Assembly (NCBI GenBank): GCA_012295275.1
Contig: CM022666.1
Coordinates: 12,462,001-12,526,000, forward strand
Reading direction: 5' to 3'
Source of the DNA: Chrysomallon squamiferum
Lineage: Eukaryota; Animalia; Mollusca
Length of the DNA stretch: 64,000 nt
Below, in pieces: positions 22,338 through 35,400 of the stretch; the first letter of the stretch is position 1, and each line of letters begins with the position of its first letter. A program made the translations under genes and the position numbers. A model generated the notes under the pieces. It was not told where the DNA came from and ran no database searches. It saw nothing but the letters and a program-made list of their open reading frames with translations.

Positions 22338-22858
22338 TTTTTTAATCTTCTTTTTTTTTAAATGTCACTGTTAATAATCAGTGAAATTTCAATCTAGCTG
22401 TATGGACTAATAGAACACATCCTGGCACTTAAAAGAAAGGAGGTAAGAAAATTCTGAGAACCTAACTAAGTATCCTCCTAGACAAACAACAGAATAGCTG
22501 GATACAGCTGTTTAATATGAAAACTTACTGGACAGATTAGAATCATAATTCTGTAGATATCATTCTCAGTTATCAAGACAACAATTAATTGCTTACTGAA
22601 TTCTTCAAAAATTTTGCTCATTAACAAATGAGTAAAATACATTTTTAGGATTTTTTTATTATTACAAATTAAATAAAAACTAAAAAATTATAATTTACAG
22701 AACTTCTGATGAGCAATACTAAACTCAATAAATACAACTATAAAAATTTCCTTCAACAATTAACTATTATTATTAATATATTACACCTTTTCTTAAAAAA
22801 AAAAAAATTTGTAGCTTTTTTTGAAAAATCCAGTTGTACTTGAATCTTAAGTAGGAGA

Positions 22859-25800
22859 CTATACATAACTCCAGCTTGATCGAAACTTTTGTGTATTCAC
22901 ATTTAGCCTACCTCCAGTCTTCTCAGCTGGGTTGTCTCCTCTTGAGAACATCACAGGTTTATCCATCACATTACATATCCCAGTGTTTTCCGAAATCTCA
23001 TTTTGTATTGCCATCTGGAAACCCTGGAACCCAACAGTACATTGATATAGAGTTCTTAGTTCGAAATTTTTCACAAATAGTTTTAATTACAGTACTTACA
23101 GTCATAGTTAGAATTATAGTCTGAATGACAGCAGATTCAGTCTGAATTACAGCTCTGTTTACAAATATAATTTAAATTTTAAATACACACCAAATTAAAC
23201 CTCCTACAACTAGTTTCAAATCAGTGTGACAAAAATTCCCAAAAAAATAATCTTTGTTATTTGTTTTTGCAATTGCTTTTTTCACTTAACACTTTATTTA
23301 GCTCAACCCTTAAAGCATGTTGATCACACAGAACAAGACACACCTAATACACTGTAGTAAAACTCTTGTTTTGGCTAGAAAATAGTAACAAACCTCATTA
23401 TATTTATCATAGAATTCTTTTGTAGCTGAGGGTGAACTGAACCTTGCCTTGAAGTGTCGTCTCACTGGCTCATCAGTTGAAAAGTCAGTTGGGACCACAT
23501 ACAACTTAGATTCTTCTCATCTCTGTCAAACACAAAATTTTAAATTATTTACTAACTTTAGCCAAATATACACAAAAATGTTTACAACTATCAAAAGCAC
23601 TTGACAATGGTAAGGAAAGATTAAAAATATCTGTAATTACATGGCATCATACTGATGGTTATGGATGATCATATATAATCTTTGATGAAATATCTCAAAT
23701 TCTGAAGCTAAAAATATATATCTTCAAATTTATTGTAAGAATCAGTTACTCATCTATCTGTATAAACATGAAGAATTTCTGACCATAAGACAGACAGAAA
23801 TGTAACCTGCTTTAGTGTTATTCAATGGTGTTTTTCATTTTTTCCTTCAATATTTCAGATGTTTAGTTATTCATAAAAAGTACTAGACTTTCAGTTTGAT
23901 GATGATGAACCAAAAATAAAAGTAGCAGTAAAAGTGGAGCATTAGGGTAGGTTTAAAGAGAGGTCTTTCATAAAAGATTGCATAGATTTACTTTGCTATG
24001 TGGAATATTTATCTGTTGAATTCTGTTTAAGCTAGAAGAGAGCAGAAAATGAAGAAGAAACAACTGTTCTTTGTTTTCAAATATGTAATATATTTATTTA
24101 TCTACAGTTCCTAACAATTAAAACTGATTAAAGTATAAAATTCTTACATAACAATTCGCTGTTCTCGTGAGATGATGTGGTTACACAGTTTCTGGTTATC
24201 ATCTGATATCATCTCCACACTGTATGCTCCAACATCATCATTGACCATCACATGAAGACTGCCCATTCCAAGTTTCTATAATAATAATAATAATAATAAT
24301 AATAAGTTGTAGCAGTATTAGCAATAGTAGCAGCAGCAGTGGTAGTATTAGTGATAATGACAGAAATAATGACAATGGTTATGATAAAAACTGACACTGA
24401 TGATGATGGTAATGTTAATGTAATAATGTAGTAACAATAATACTTTTAAAAATTTGAAAATTATATACTATTAATTGTACTCACAGTAACAATATTAATA
24501 ATAATAAATAACAATACATTTAATAACATTATATTAAAATAAAGAAAAATCTTTAGTCTGGAAGATCCGTGTCAGTGTTTATCAACTTGACTAATAAATG
24601 ATAAAGTCAATAACAACTTTTTCTGTTTCTGTAATGAAAAGTCCTAGAGATGAAACCCACTATTTTCACATGATCGACACCTGCTCACAGCAACAGGAAA
24701 ATAAAATTAGTGTTTAGTCTGAATTAACATTATTCTTGTCAACAGCAGATGTTGTGAATCAACACAATAAATGAAGTGTTCCTTTGGTAATATGAGCAAG
24801 TAGTGTCAGTATATTCAGTTTAATTCCAAGTTACATTCTATTTCCTTTTTAAAATCTAATCTTGTTAATAACATAACAAAAATGAGCAGTTCAAAAATAT
24901 ATGGTTACTGCCATTTCTGTTTTATCATGACATCATGTACAGGGTGAAATAGAAACTATAAAGTTTCTTCTAATCTTGTGATGAAAAATATTTTTCAGTT
25001 TGTTGGACTGATATCATGATTTACACTGTGGAAGAGCAAAACAACAGCATTCAAATGTTTTCAGTTTTATTTTATCATCATACTTTGTCATAAATCATGT
25101 CAGATTAACCAAAACACTATGATCTTGAAAGTATGAAGAAATCTATTAGAAAGTTTATTTTGTACCTCAATAATATATTAAAAGAAACAAAAACAGATGC
25201 TTAAACAAACCTGCCAAGCACCAGCAGAATCTGCAGCAAACAGTGTTACTCTTTTCTCAAATAGATATTCTTCTTCTTCTTCTTCTTCTTCCTCTTCAGT
25301 CTCCACATCTTCATCATCTTCTTCATCATCATCATCATCATCATCGTCACCATCATCGTCATCATCGTCATCATCATCTTCTTCTTCTTGTTGCACCTCT
25401 TCTTTTTTAGCAGGATCATTGTCTTGTTTAACAACACTCTTTAACTTTTCTTTTTCTTCGCCTGCCGAGTTGTTTACATCTTGGATACCTGAATATAAAT
25501 TTATTTTCTGTTTTATGTGATATTTATACAGTATTCATAAAACATAATCAAATAACTGACACCAAAATTTTGACTTCTACAGGTAACGGAAATATTTCAA
25601 CTTCTGTTATATCAATAATATTCACTATTAGTTACAGAAACTTGTCATAATAAACTACATAAGAAAACGTTTTATTCAGTACTGTACTGCATTTTTCTAT
25701 GCAATGTTCAGAGATTGCTAGTCCTAAAGAGAATCACATATCCATTTGTTTTATTTATTTTAAATTTTAGTGATATTACTTATCAAAATACTGAAAACAG

Positions 25801-26916
25801 AATGTATGTAAGTTTATTTCCTAATATTTTTAAATTAAACAATTTATCTGAATAGTTAGAAAGCAGTATTAGTAAAATAACTGATATAAAAATGTTAATA
25901 ATGTTTGATATTAGTGAATTGGATACATTTATGTTTTACTTGTCTGTTGGCCAGACACATTAATACACTTCAGTAAAACTGAGGCAGTGATAAAACGTGT
26001 GATTCATTGTTCAACATAACTCAGTATCAAATTCTATATTTTTTATTTTTTATTTTTTGATAAAAACTGATCATAGATAATTATCCAAAACTGTTTATTA
26101 ACGCTGTCACAAAACAGACCCCAATCATACATTATTGAAAATAACTAAGATGTTTCATATTTTAAACTTTAAGACAGATGGCTTACCATACGAATTATCT
26201 CCTCCTGCTAGATTGATCTGTTTCACACATTCGTCAATCACAGACTTGAATTCTTCAAATATTTCTCTTGTCTGTAAAAACATATTTGTCAGTGAAATAT
26301 TTTATAAACAAAATAATTAACTAAAATTAATCAAGTGTGGATTTTGTGGACTATTGTTGTTTGTTTAATTACATCACAATCAAAAGGTTCTGTATGACAC
26401 TGTATTACAAAAGGCTGGGAAAAGTAACACTGGCTACTGGAATGATGAACTTTGACACAGTAGAATGTCTGGATAAATATTAAACATAGCATCTTGAAAA
26501 TAATTTTTCTTTTTTTATCTTATTTCTATGTTACTAAGGCAAAATTTATTAAATATAAATATTTTAATTTATATTTATCAACACAATTCTGAATTTAAAA
26601 AGCAAATACATATAAAAAAAAAAAATTATCTGATAATATTAAATGTTGTAATAACTCTGAAGAGATGATCTCTGGTTTTTTAATGATTTAAACAGGTTTA
26701 ATGTTTTACCTTAAATTTGATGGCAAGTTTTTCTATCTGTGGCTCTCCCTCACTGAAATCTTGCGCCAACCAGCACCATGTTGTCTCCGATGTTGGCAAA
26801 GGTGTGAAGTTCATTTCAGGTGTCAACATGTGATTACATACAACCTTTAACACCTGTTCTCGTCTCATCAGAAGACGAAATTTTCCTTTAAAAAAAATTA
26901 ATAATGAATAAAGATG

Positions 26917-26948
<32 letters not shown>

Positions 26949-29900
26949 TTCAGAGGAATTAAAAAAAAATAAAAAAAAAAAAAAAAAAAAAAAAAAATTA
27001 TAATAAAATTTAAACAAACTGCTGAGTTACAGATTTTTAATATAAATTTTAATTGAATTAAATGTGATACTGTTGTTTTTGCATAGCTCTTTACACTGTT
27101 TTATAATTCATTTTTTACTTTTTATATGTAAAGCAGCCCACCATTTTGTTTTATTTATCTTTGGTTTGACACACGAGATAGTATGATTTCTGTGCTGCAG
27201 TGTCATGAAACATTCATCCATTCATTTAAACAAATGTCAACAAAAATCTTACCACAGCTTGTCATGATTTTCATGTCTCCGATGCCTCTCTCCTTCCACT
27301 GGTTTGATTCGTTGTGAAACCTGTACAGCTTTGAGCGATGAGAAAACAACACATCCCAGCCTTCGTCACCTGTAACATATACAATCAGAATGTTTCAACA
27401 TTTACACACTGGGTCAGAATGTTTCAAGATTCACATCCCAGCCTTTGTCACTTTCAACATTTACAATCAGAATATTTCATCATTTACATCCCCGCTTTCA
27501 TCATCTGTAACATTTACCCACTCAATTAGAATGCCTACAATTAATCAAAATAGTTTCAACTACAATATATCAGATATTTATTTTCATATCAGTTTCTGGA
27601 CATCGAGCCATTTGGTTTAAAAACTGAGTAAATATATCTTGTTTTTTCTACAACATTATCTGAAAGAATTTTACTCTTTTCATTTAATTAATATAAAAAA
27701 ATTGATTTGGAAATGCTGGGTAAAGATGTATCAAACCACCTCTCTGACTGTTCTTGCTGACAAAAAATTACTGTTGTAAATTTTTACTTAACATTCACTA
27801 TTCTTATCACCAGTATCAGAAAATGAAGAATACTTTGATGTACTTGGAGGAAATCTCATTATCACTATATACTTGCAAGTGTTACTAAAAGAAATTCATG
27901 TTGTATCAATCACACAATATATTAAAAAAAAAAAAAAAAAGAAATACTTTTTTTTTGAAGCAGATGTAATGAGAACATGAACTGTGAAACTGAACAACAG
28001 AAATGATAGATCCTCACTGACTCACTGTATGAACAATGAAAACAGCCATGCTAACCTGTGTACAGAACGTAACAGCTCAGTACGTACAGTTTAATTAACT
28101 CTTCATAAGTAAGTAAACTCACTGTGATACTTGTACATTCTCTTGTATAAACACAGACAATTACACAAATGGCTTTCCTAACAGCACCACACAAGAAAAA
28201 AAGGTACAGCAGACATGGATGGCACTGAACCATGGCTCCCTTGGGCATTTGTTAATTACTTAACACAGTGCTGTATGGACACAAGCAGATATCATCACAC
28301 TCAACTTAATTTCAAGTGTCATTACCGGTTTTTATTTCCACTAGATCAGGAAGAGGAATAACTGGCTCAAAATGGATATCGTCAGAAGCTGGTGGAACAT
28401 CTTCGTCATCTGCTGTAGTTGATGTAACAGCGCCGACACCAAACAACTGCTGACCAGCCCCAGACCACTTGAAAGGCTTGGAGTCATCTACTGATAAAAC
28501 ATTAAATACTTTTACAACTTCAATAAAAAACAAAAAATAAAACAGAACAATAAAACACACAAATAAAAAAATAAATTAAGAATACCATCCCTACTCACAG
28601 GCACAACATAATTATCTCAAACATAAAGACACAAATACAGATAATGCATACCTGACTTTAACAAACTCCCTACTCCTCATTTTTCAAAATATTCTGTCTT
28701 AGATTTCTGTTATAATCAGAACTGGAAACATACTGTATGTATTGCAGTTTTGGATTTGAAATAGAGTTATTATTTTACTCAAGACAGACAGTTATGCCAG
28801 ACACCAAGATTATTCTAGGACCAACTCAGTTTTTGAAAAATGCAGAGTTAGGCTGCTGTCATTTTAATTATCAGGAAAAAGACAAAATCTTGTGGAATAA
28901 TGGAATACTGTAAAAATGGCAATAGCAAATTATTCTACAAAAGTGAAATATGAGTTACTGAACTAAATTGTAACAAAGTACTGTTCAGTGGTAGAACGTC
29001 TACCTGAACTGATTCTTCTAAACATTGTGGGACATGCTGTCTACGTAACATTCTAACAACAACAACTTTCTAATTTCACCTTTTTTAAATCCTTGTCCTT
29101 TCAGCTGAGAGAAGTCAGTGAACTCAGGCAAGGTAAACATGGATGGACTTTCTGAAAAATAAAAACCACAAAAAACAGATATACACATAAACCTGTTTAT
29201 GAAGGCAATACAAAGAAAAGATGGCTGACTACATACTGCTTTAAAAACGTCCTTTACAAATTATTTTTCCCTTTTGCTCACTATTTATCTAATGTTTATT
29301 ATATGATTATTATTATTGTTATTATTACTATATTTTTATTATTGTTATTAGTATTATTTTTCATTATTTCCTTAAAGCCACTCTCCCCCCCGAAAAATAT
29401 TACAACTAACTGTTTATTCAGCACTAATTTCATTATTGCAGGAAAAAGTTTATTCCATTCCAACTCTGTCACCTAAAGAAAATAATTTGTTATTTATTTT
29501 TTATTTTTTGTTATTCAGTTTAAACTACTTTTCTCCTCTGCTACTTTCCCTCAATTTAGAAATATGAAGACAAAATCTAAACAATTTTCCAGGCATAAAA
29601 TGTGGAGTCTTCTTACTGCAATTTTTTCAAATGGAATTATAATACTTGACATCTTTTGTGACCATTTGACCCGCTGGTTTACTTTTCTGATGACATGAAC
29701 CCTATATGCAATTTGCATTTGCTAAAATTTTAAAAAGTGATATAATTTAATTAATCAAATTAGATCAGTATGAATCCCAGTAAAACTGTATTTAACTGAT
29801 ACCTCTTTCCCTGTTCAATTAAAATTATATAACAATAAAATGTTTAATGATTATGTTTTACATAAACCAACAAACCTTGATTATCCAGTTGTTTACTGTA

Positions 29901-30430
29901 CTCTTTGTTTCCTTTGTCACCAAGTGCTTCACTCAAAGTTGGTACTACCTCAGACTCTGTGATTCAGAGAGAAATAAATATATGTAGTGGAAAATCTTCA
30001 AATCATATCAACAGAAAAATAAAATATTTCTTATGAAATATAACAGAATACTTTTGTATATGGATGAGAGTAAGTGTGAACCAGAGAGAAACAGAGAAAG
30101 CTACAGTGTTTATTAAAAGAAGATTGATACAAAATTAATCTTTAAAATAAATATTTATTTAAAAGTACAGTGTTGTCTAACTTCAAACAGTTGTCTTTAA
30201 ATTTATAAATTGCTTAATTCATGTAAAAAATGTTCACCTTTAGTGTCCAGTTCTTTGCTGTACATTTTATTTCCTTTATCACCTGTAATCTGTACATTGG
30301 CTGGAACAATTGGAGCTTCTACAATTTAAAAATGAAAAATTAAGTGTTACCATGACCATGAGATTCCTATGTGGGTATGTGACAAACAGACAAACATAAA
30401 CAGAGAGACAGTCCATATAGTGAGTGTGTT

Positions 30431-30497
<67 letters not shown>

Positions 30498-32079
30498 AAA
30501 AAAAAAAAGGTTGGTAGTAAGTGCAGCAGAATTCACATATTGTTTTGTGTAGAATTTATTGAATAATTGTATTTAAATTTGTTTACTTAAAAATATTTTA
30601 TAACCTTTAGCATCAAGCTCTTTGCTGTACATTCTGTTTCCTCTGTCTCCTGTTCTCTGAGCTGTTGCTGACACAATTGGAGTTTCTACAATTTGAAAAT
30701 AAAAATTAATCCTTACAAGTCTGAATGATATCACATCAACTGATGTCCATGAACTACAGAAATAATAGCATAGTTTATTTTTTTCATATTTATTTACCAC
30801 CATCCTTTTTATTTAATTTTTTTTTTTTTTTTTTTTTTGAAGTTTAAAGATGGATGTGAATAAATTTTGGTTGGTATCATGTTACTTCAGGCACTGGTAA
30901 AACTCTGCTGATGGTGAATTATTTTTATTATTACACAATAAAAGAGCCTCTCAAACATCTGTGCCAGTTAGTTATATTTGTAAAATTTTGAGATAAATAT
31001 TAAACATTAATAATATTCTGTTTTATGTAAACATACTCAGCAATTTCTTACAAGAAAACCTGTTAAAGATGTAAGCAGAAACACAGTCATTTTTAGTTTT
31101 CTCCTTCCTTTACTAATCATGCACAAAACATTTTACAATACAATTTATACTAATTACTATTAAACAATAAATATATAATAATAATAATAATATTATCTAA
31201 ATAAAAAAAAAATAATTTAAAATATTTAAATAAATAAATAAATAATAATAAAAAATATTTAAATAAATAAATAAATAATGATAAAAATAATATTCAGGTA
31301 ACTAAACGACACTCTAATTACCTGTATCGTCATCCTGACAGCCAATGCAGCCTGGACATGGAGGTTTGTTTTCATACAGGTAGAAATGGTCTGGTAACAG
31401 GTACTTCCTTGCTCGTGCTATTTGTTCCTCTGTTGCCTTCTCTTCAAACACAACCACTACATCTTCTATTTCAGACAGAGCAAAAAAAAACAAAAAAAAA
31501 CCAAAAAAAAATACCACAAATTATATATATATAAATAAATAAATGATTAAAAATTAAGAATAATAAGAATAATAAATACAAAATTTAGCTATACAAAGTT
31601 AGTTTGTTTTTATATGTATATATATATATAAAAACAGGGTGTCCCATAAGTTTCTATACATATGGTTTTTAACATTGTATGTTTTCATTTGGTATTCACG
31701 TATGTCAGTGGTTACATCAGCAGTTTCCAGGTGCGTGGATTGGTCAGCGTGGTGCTGTAGAAAGACTTCTCAGATCCCCAGACCTTATCCCACTTGATTT
31801 TTACCTTTGGGGGCATTTGAAGGCCATGGTGCATCAGGAGAAAAATACAAAACATAAATCATCTTAAGCAACATATCACCAATGCCATTACAAGCATCAC
31901 TCCAGCTGTGCTTGAACATGTTCTTCAGCAGTGGAGGACACGCATTGAAATGTGTTTTCCACATACTGACAGCCATGTAGAGCATATTATATAAATAAAA
32001 ATGGTTTTGCACATGAAAAAGTTTATTTTTCCTATGTATGGAATTTAAGGGACACCTTGTATATGTATGTATGTGTGTG

Positions 32080-32118
<39 letters not shown>

Positions 32119-32438
32119 AGACTGATATGAAGTTAATATTTTAAAATATTTCAAATAATTATTTATTGTAAAGTACAGTGGTGTCTAACATCAGACATTT
32201 GTCTTTAAATTTATAAATTGCTTAATTCATGTAAAAAATGTTCACCTTTAGCGTCCAGTTCTTTGCTGTACATTTTATTTCCTTTATCACCTGTAATCTG
32301 TACACTGGCTGGAACAATTGGAGCTTCTACAATTTAAAAATGAAAAATTAAGTGTTAACATGACCATGAGATTCCTATGTGGGTATGTGACACACAGACA
32401 AACATAAACAGAGAGACAGTTCATATAGTGAGTGTGTT

Positions 32439-32497
<59 letters not shown>

Positions 32498-35400
32498 AAG
32501 AGGTTGGTAGTAAGTGCAGCATAATTCACATATTGTTTTGTGTAGAATTTATTGAATAAATTGTATTTAAATTTGTTTACTTAAAAATATTTTATAACCT
32601 TTAGCATCAAGCTCTTTGCTGTACATTCTGTTTCCTCTGTCTCCTGTTCTCTGAGCTGTTGCTGACACAGTTGGAGTTTCTACAATTTGAAAATAAAAAA
32701 TGTATTAATCCTTACAAGTCTGAATGATAATCACATCAACTGATGTCCATGAACTACAGAAATAATAGCATAGTTTATTTTTTTCATATTTATTGCATAC
32801 TTATTGCATAATTCGTATAAAAAATGTTCACCTTTAGCATCCAGTTCTTTGCTGTACATTTTATTTCCTTTATCACCTGTAATCTGTACACTGGCTGGAA
32901 CAATTGGAGCTTCTACGATTTAAAAATGAAAAATTAAGTGTTAACATGACCATCTATGTATACATATATTTAATCCTGCACACATTTCAGAGATTAAGCT
33001 GTGTTATATAAATATTCGTATCACTCATGCTTTATTTTGGTATCTCCAACCTGAGAAGTTGAACCTGAGCAGTAATTTGGTGCAAACTGGACTAATTTTT
33101 TTCATACTAGGTTCAAAAGGATTCATAGCTTTATAAATTAATGATTTTATGGTTGTTTTAATGAATTTTTGATATTATAAAACTATTTAAAATATTTATG
33201 ATAATAATACTCAAACTTTTCACCTGCAGATGCAAAAGGCTGCTGAAAGGAAGCTGACTTTGGACTTGCAGAAGGCTTTGTCTTAGCTTTGTCAAAAACA
33301 GTCTTAAACTTCTGTGCCACATCCAAACTCTTAAAGCGAATAGCAAACTGCTCAATTTTTTGTTCTTCATCTGCAAAGTCTTGAGCATACCATATCCAAG
33401 CTTTCCCATCTGCCTTAGGCATGGGATTCAAGTGCAAGTCAGATGTTATCATGTGATTCAAACACAGTTTTAAAACCTGTTCTCGCCGCATCAGAATACG
33501 GATCTTTTTAGTATCTTTGTGCTCTAAAATTTTCACATTTCCAAGTCCTCGTTCTTTCCATTCACCATTGTCAAATCTGTACAGTTTGGCTCGGTGTTCA
33601 AACAAAACTGTCTCCTCTTCTTCCCCAGTTTTCACTTCAATTTTAGCTGGAAGAGGAACCACGGGCTCAAAGTAGATATGTGAATCTTCTCCTTCTTTAT
33701 TAATGTAGAGACCATGCTCATCCACTTGTGGAGACTTGGGTGATTCAGGGACACTGGATTTGTCTTTGGAAGCTGGTGAGAATGAAAACTGAAATTGAGA
33801 TGTCTTGTTATCAGCAGCCTCTGTTTGATCTTTAACTGGCGTTGTTATTTTGCCGAGATTAAACTGGAAACCTCCAGGTTTAGGAGTTGATCCAAAGACA
33901 AAACCACCAGACTTTGGTGCAGGAACAAAACTGAATTTATCTAATGCTGTTTGACTAGGTTCATCATCTGCTGTCAGTAAGGCTGCCAGGGTTGAGTTTT
34001 TGTTAACTGTATCAGATTTGACCTCAGTGGGCTTAGTCTCAGCTTTAGTCTCAACAGACTTCACTGAAACACCAAAAGTAAATCCTCCAGGTGGTGTGAT
34101 AGATGGCAGGGAATCTTCAACCTTGTTAGGTTTTGAGAAGATATTCATCATTGATTTTCCACCTCCAAATGTAAATCCTCCTGAAGCACCAAACTGGAAT
34201 CCACCTGCACCTGATATTCCAGTTGTCTGAGGTTTTTTCTCCATGTTTTCTTTTGTTACTCCTGGCTTTAAAGTTTGGCATGCAGGGCACTGCAAATCAT
34301 CAGCAGCATTTCTGCAGTAGCAACCACTACATTCCCAACTGCCAGGCTTAGGTCTAAATTTGTCAAAAAATGGTATTTCTTTACTACTTTCCACAGGTTT
34401 CTCAGACACAAATGAAAAGCCTCCGGTAGTTCCACTAATTTTACCAAACTGAAACCCACTGCCAACTGACTTGCCTTCCTTAATATCAGCCTTTTCTAGT
34501 GTGGCTCCTGGTTTTGCAGTTTGGCAGGCAGGACACTTCAGATCTGCTGCATCATTTCTACAGTAACATCCTGTACATTCCCAGCTCCCTGGCTTGGGTT
34601 TGAACTTGTCCGCAAAACTTTCCTTGTCTTTCTGTGTCACCTCAGGTTCTTTAGCTTCTTGAAATATCTTATCAGAATCATCATTGGATGGATTTTCAGA
34701 CAGCTGCTTCTGACAGTTCTCAAATGTTTCCTTGAAATTAGCAGCTATGTCTTTGGTTTTGAACTTTATTGCAAACTGTTCAGTTTTCATTTCTTCATCA
34801 GAAAAATCCATAGCAGTCCAGCACCAAGCCCGATCAGATGTATGCATGGGAACAAGTTTCATTTCTGGTGAGATGTTATGATTAGCACAAATCTTCAACA
34901 CTTGTTCTCTTCTCATCAGAATCCTGAATCGTTTTCCATCTTTACTTTCAAGTATTTTCATTTCACCAATTCCACGCTCTTTCCACTGTTCAGTTTCAGT
35001 ATCATATCGGAAAAGACGAGAGCGCTCGCCAAACAATTTCTTCTCATTTTCCTCTCCAGTTTTCACCTCGACTAACTCCGGTAGTTCTATAAGCGGCTTG
35101 AAATCAACATTAGGTTCATATTCTTCAACTTTCTCTTCTTCTTGAGTTGGTGTTGAGGTTTGGAAAAGCTGCTTTCCAGTATGTTTGAAGCCTTTGAATC
35201 CAAAATTTGATTGCAGTGACTGAACTGAAGTGGTTGTTGTTGGAGTGGATGTATTCTGGCCCAAGATGAAAGTTTCTTTTCCTTGTGATGGAGACTTCAC
35301 TGCATCCACAGAGCCTTTATTAGCAAAAGAACTAGTGGTGCTTGTCGAATCAGCCACTGATGGCTTAGCAGTGCCAAAACTAAATCCTGAAAATGGTTTC

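Larger units (their letters stand above)
29876..32912 (-). repeat. Array of six 81-nt phase-1/phase-1 exons encoding a 27-aa repeat
   Basis: 32912-32832, 32679-32599, 32326-32246, 30685-30605, 30318-30238, 29956-29876. Each is AG/GT-bounded and open, e.g. EAPIVPASVQITGDKGNKMYSKELDAK, ETPTVSATAQRTGDRGNRMYSKELDAK, ESEVVPTLSEALGDKGNKEYSKQLDNQ. Confidence 0.8.

Noticed and set aside
25197-25520. Plus-strand poly-Ser ORF
   Set aside because: Antisense shadow of the RanBP2 Asp/Glu-rich exon.
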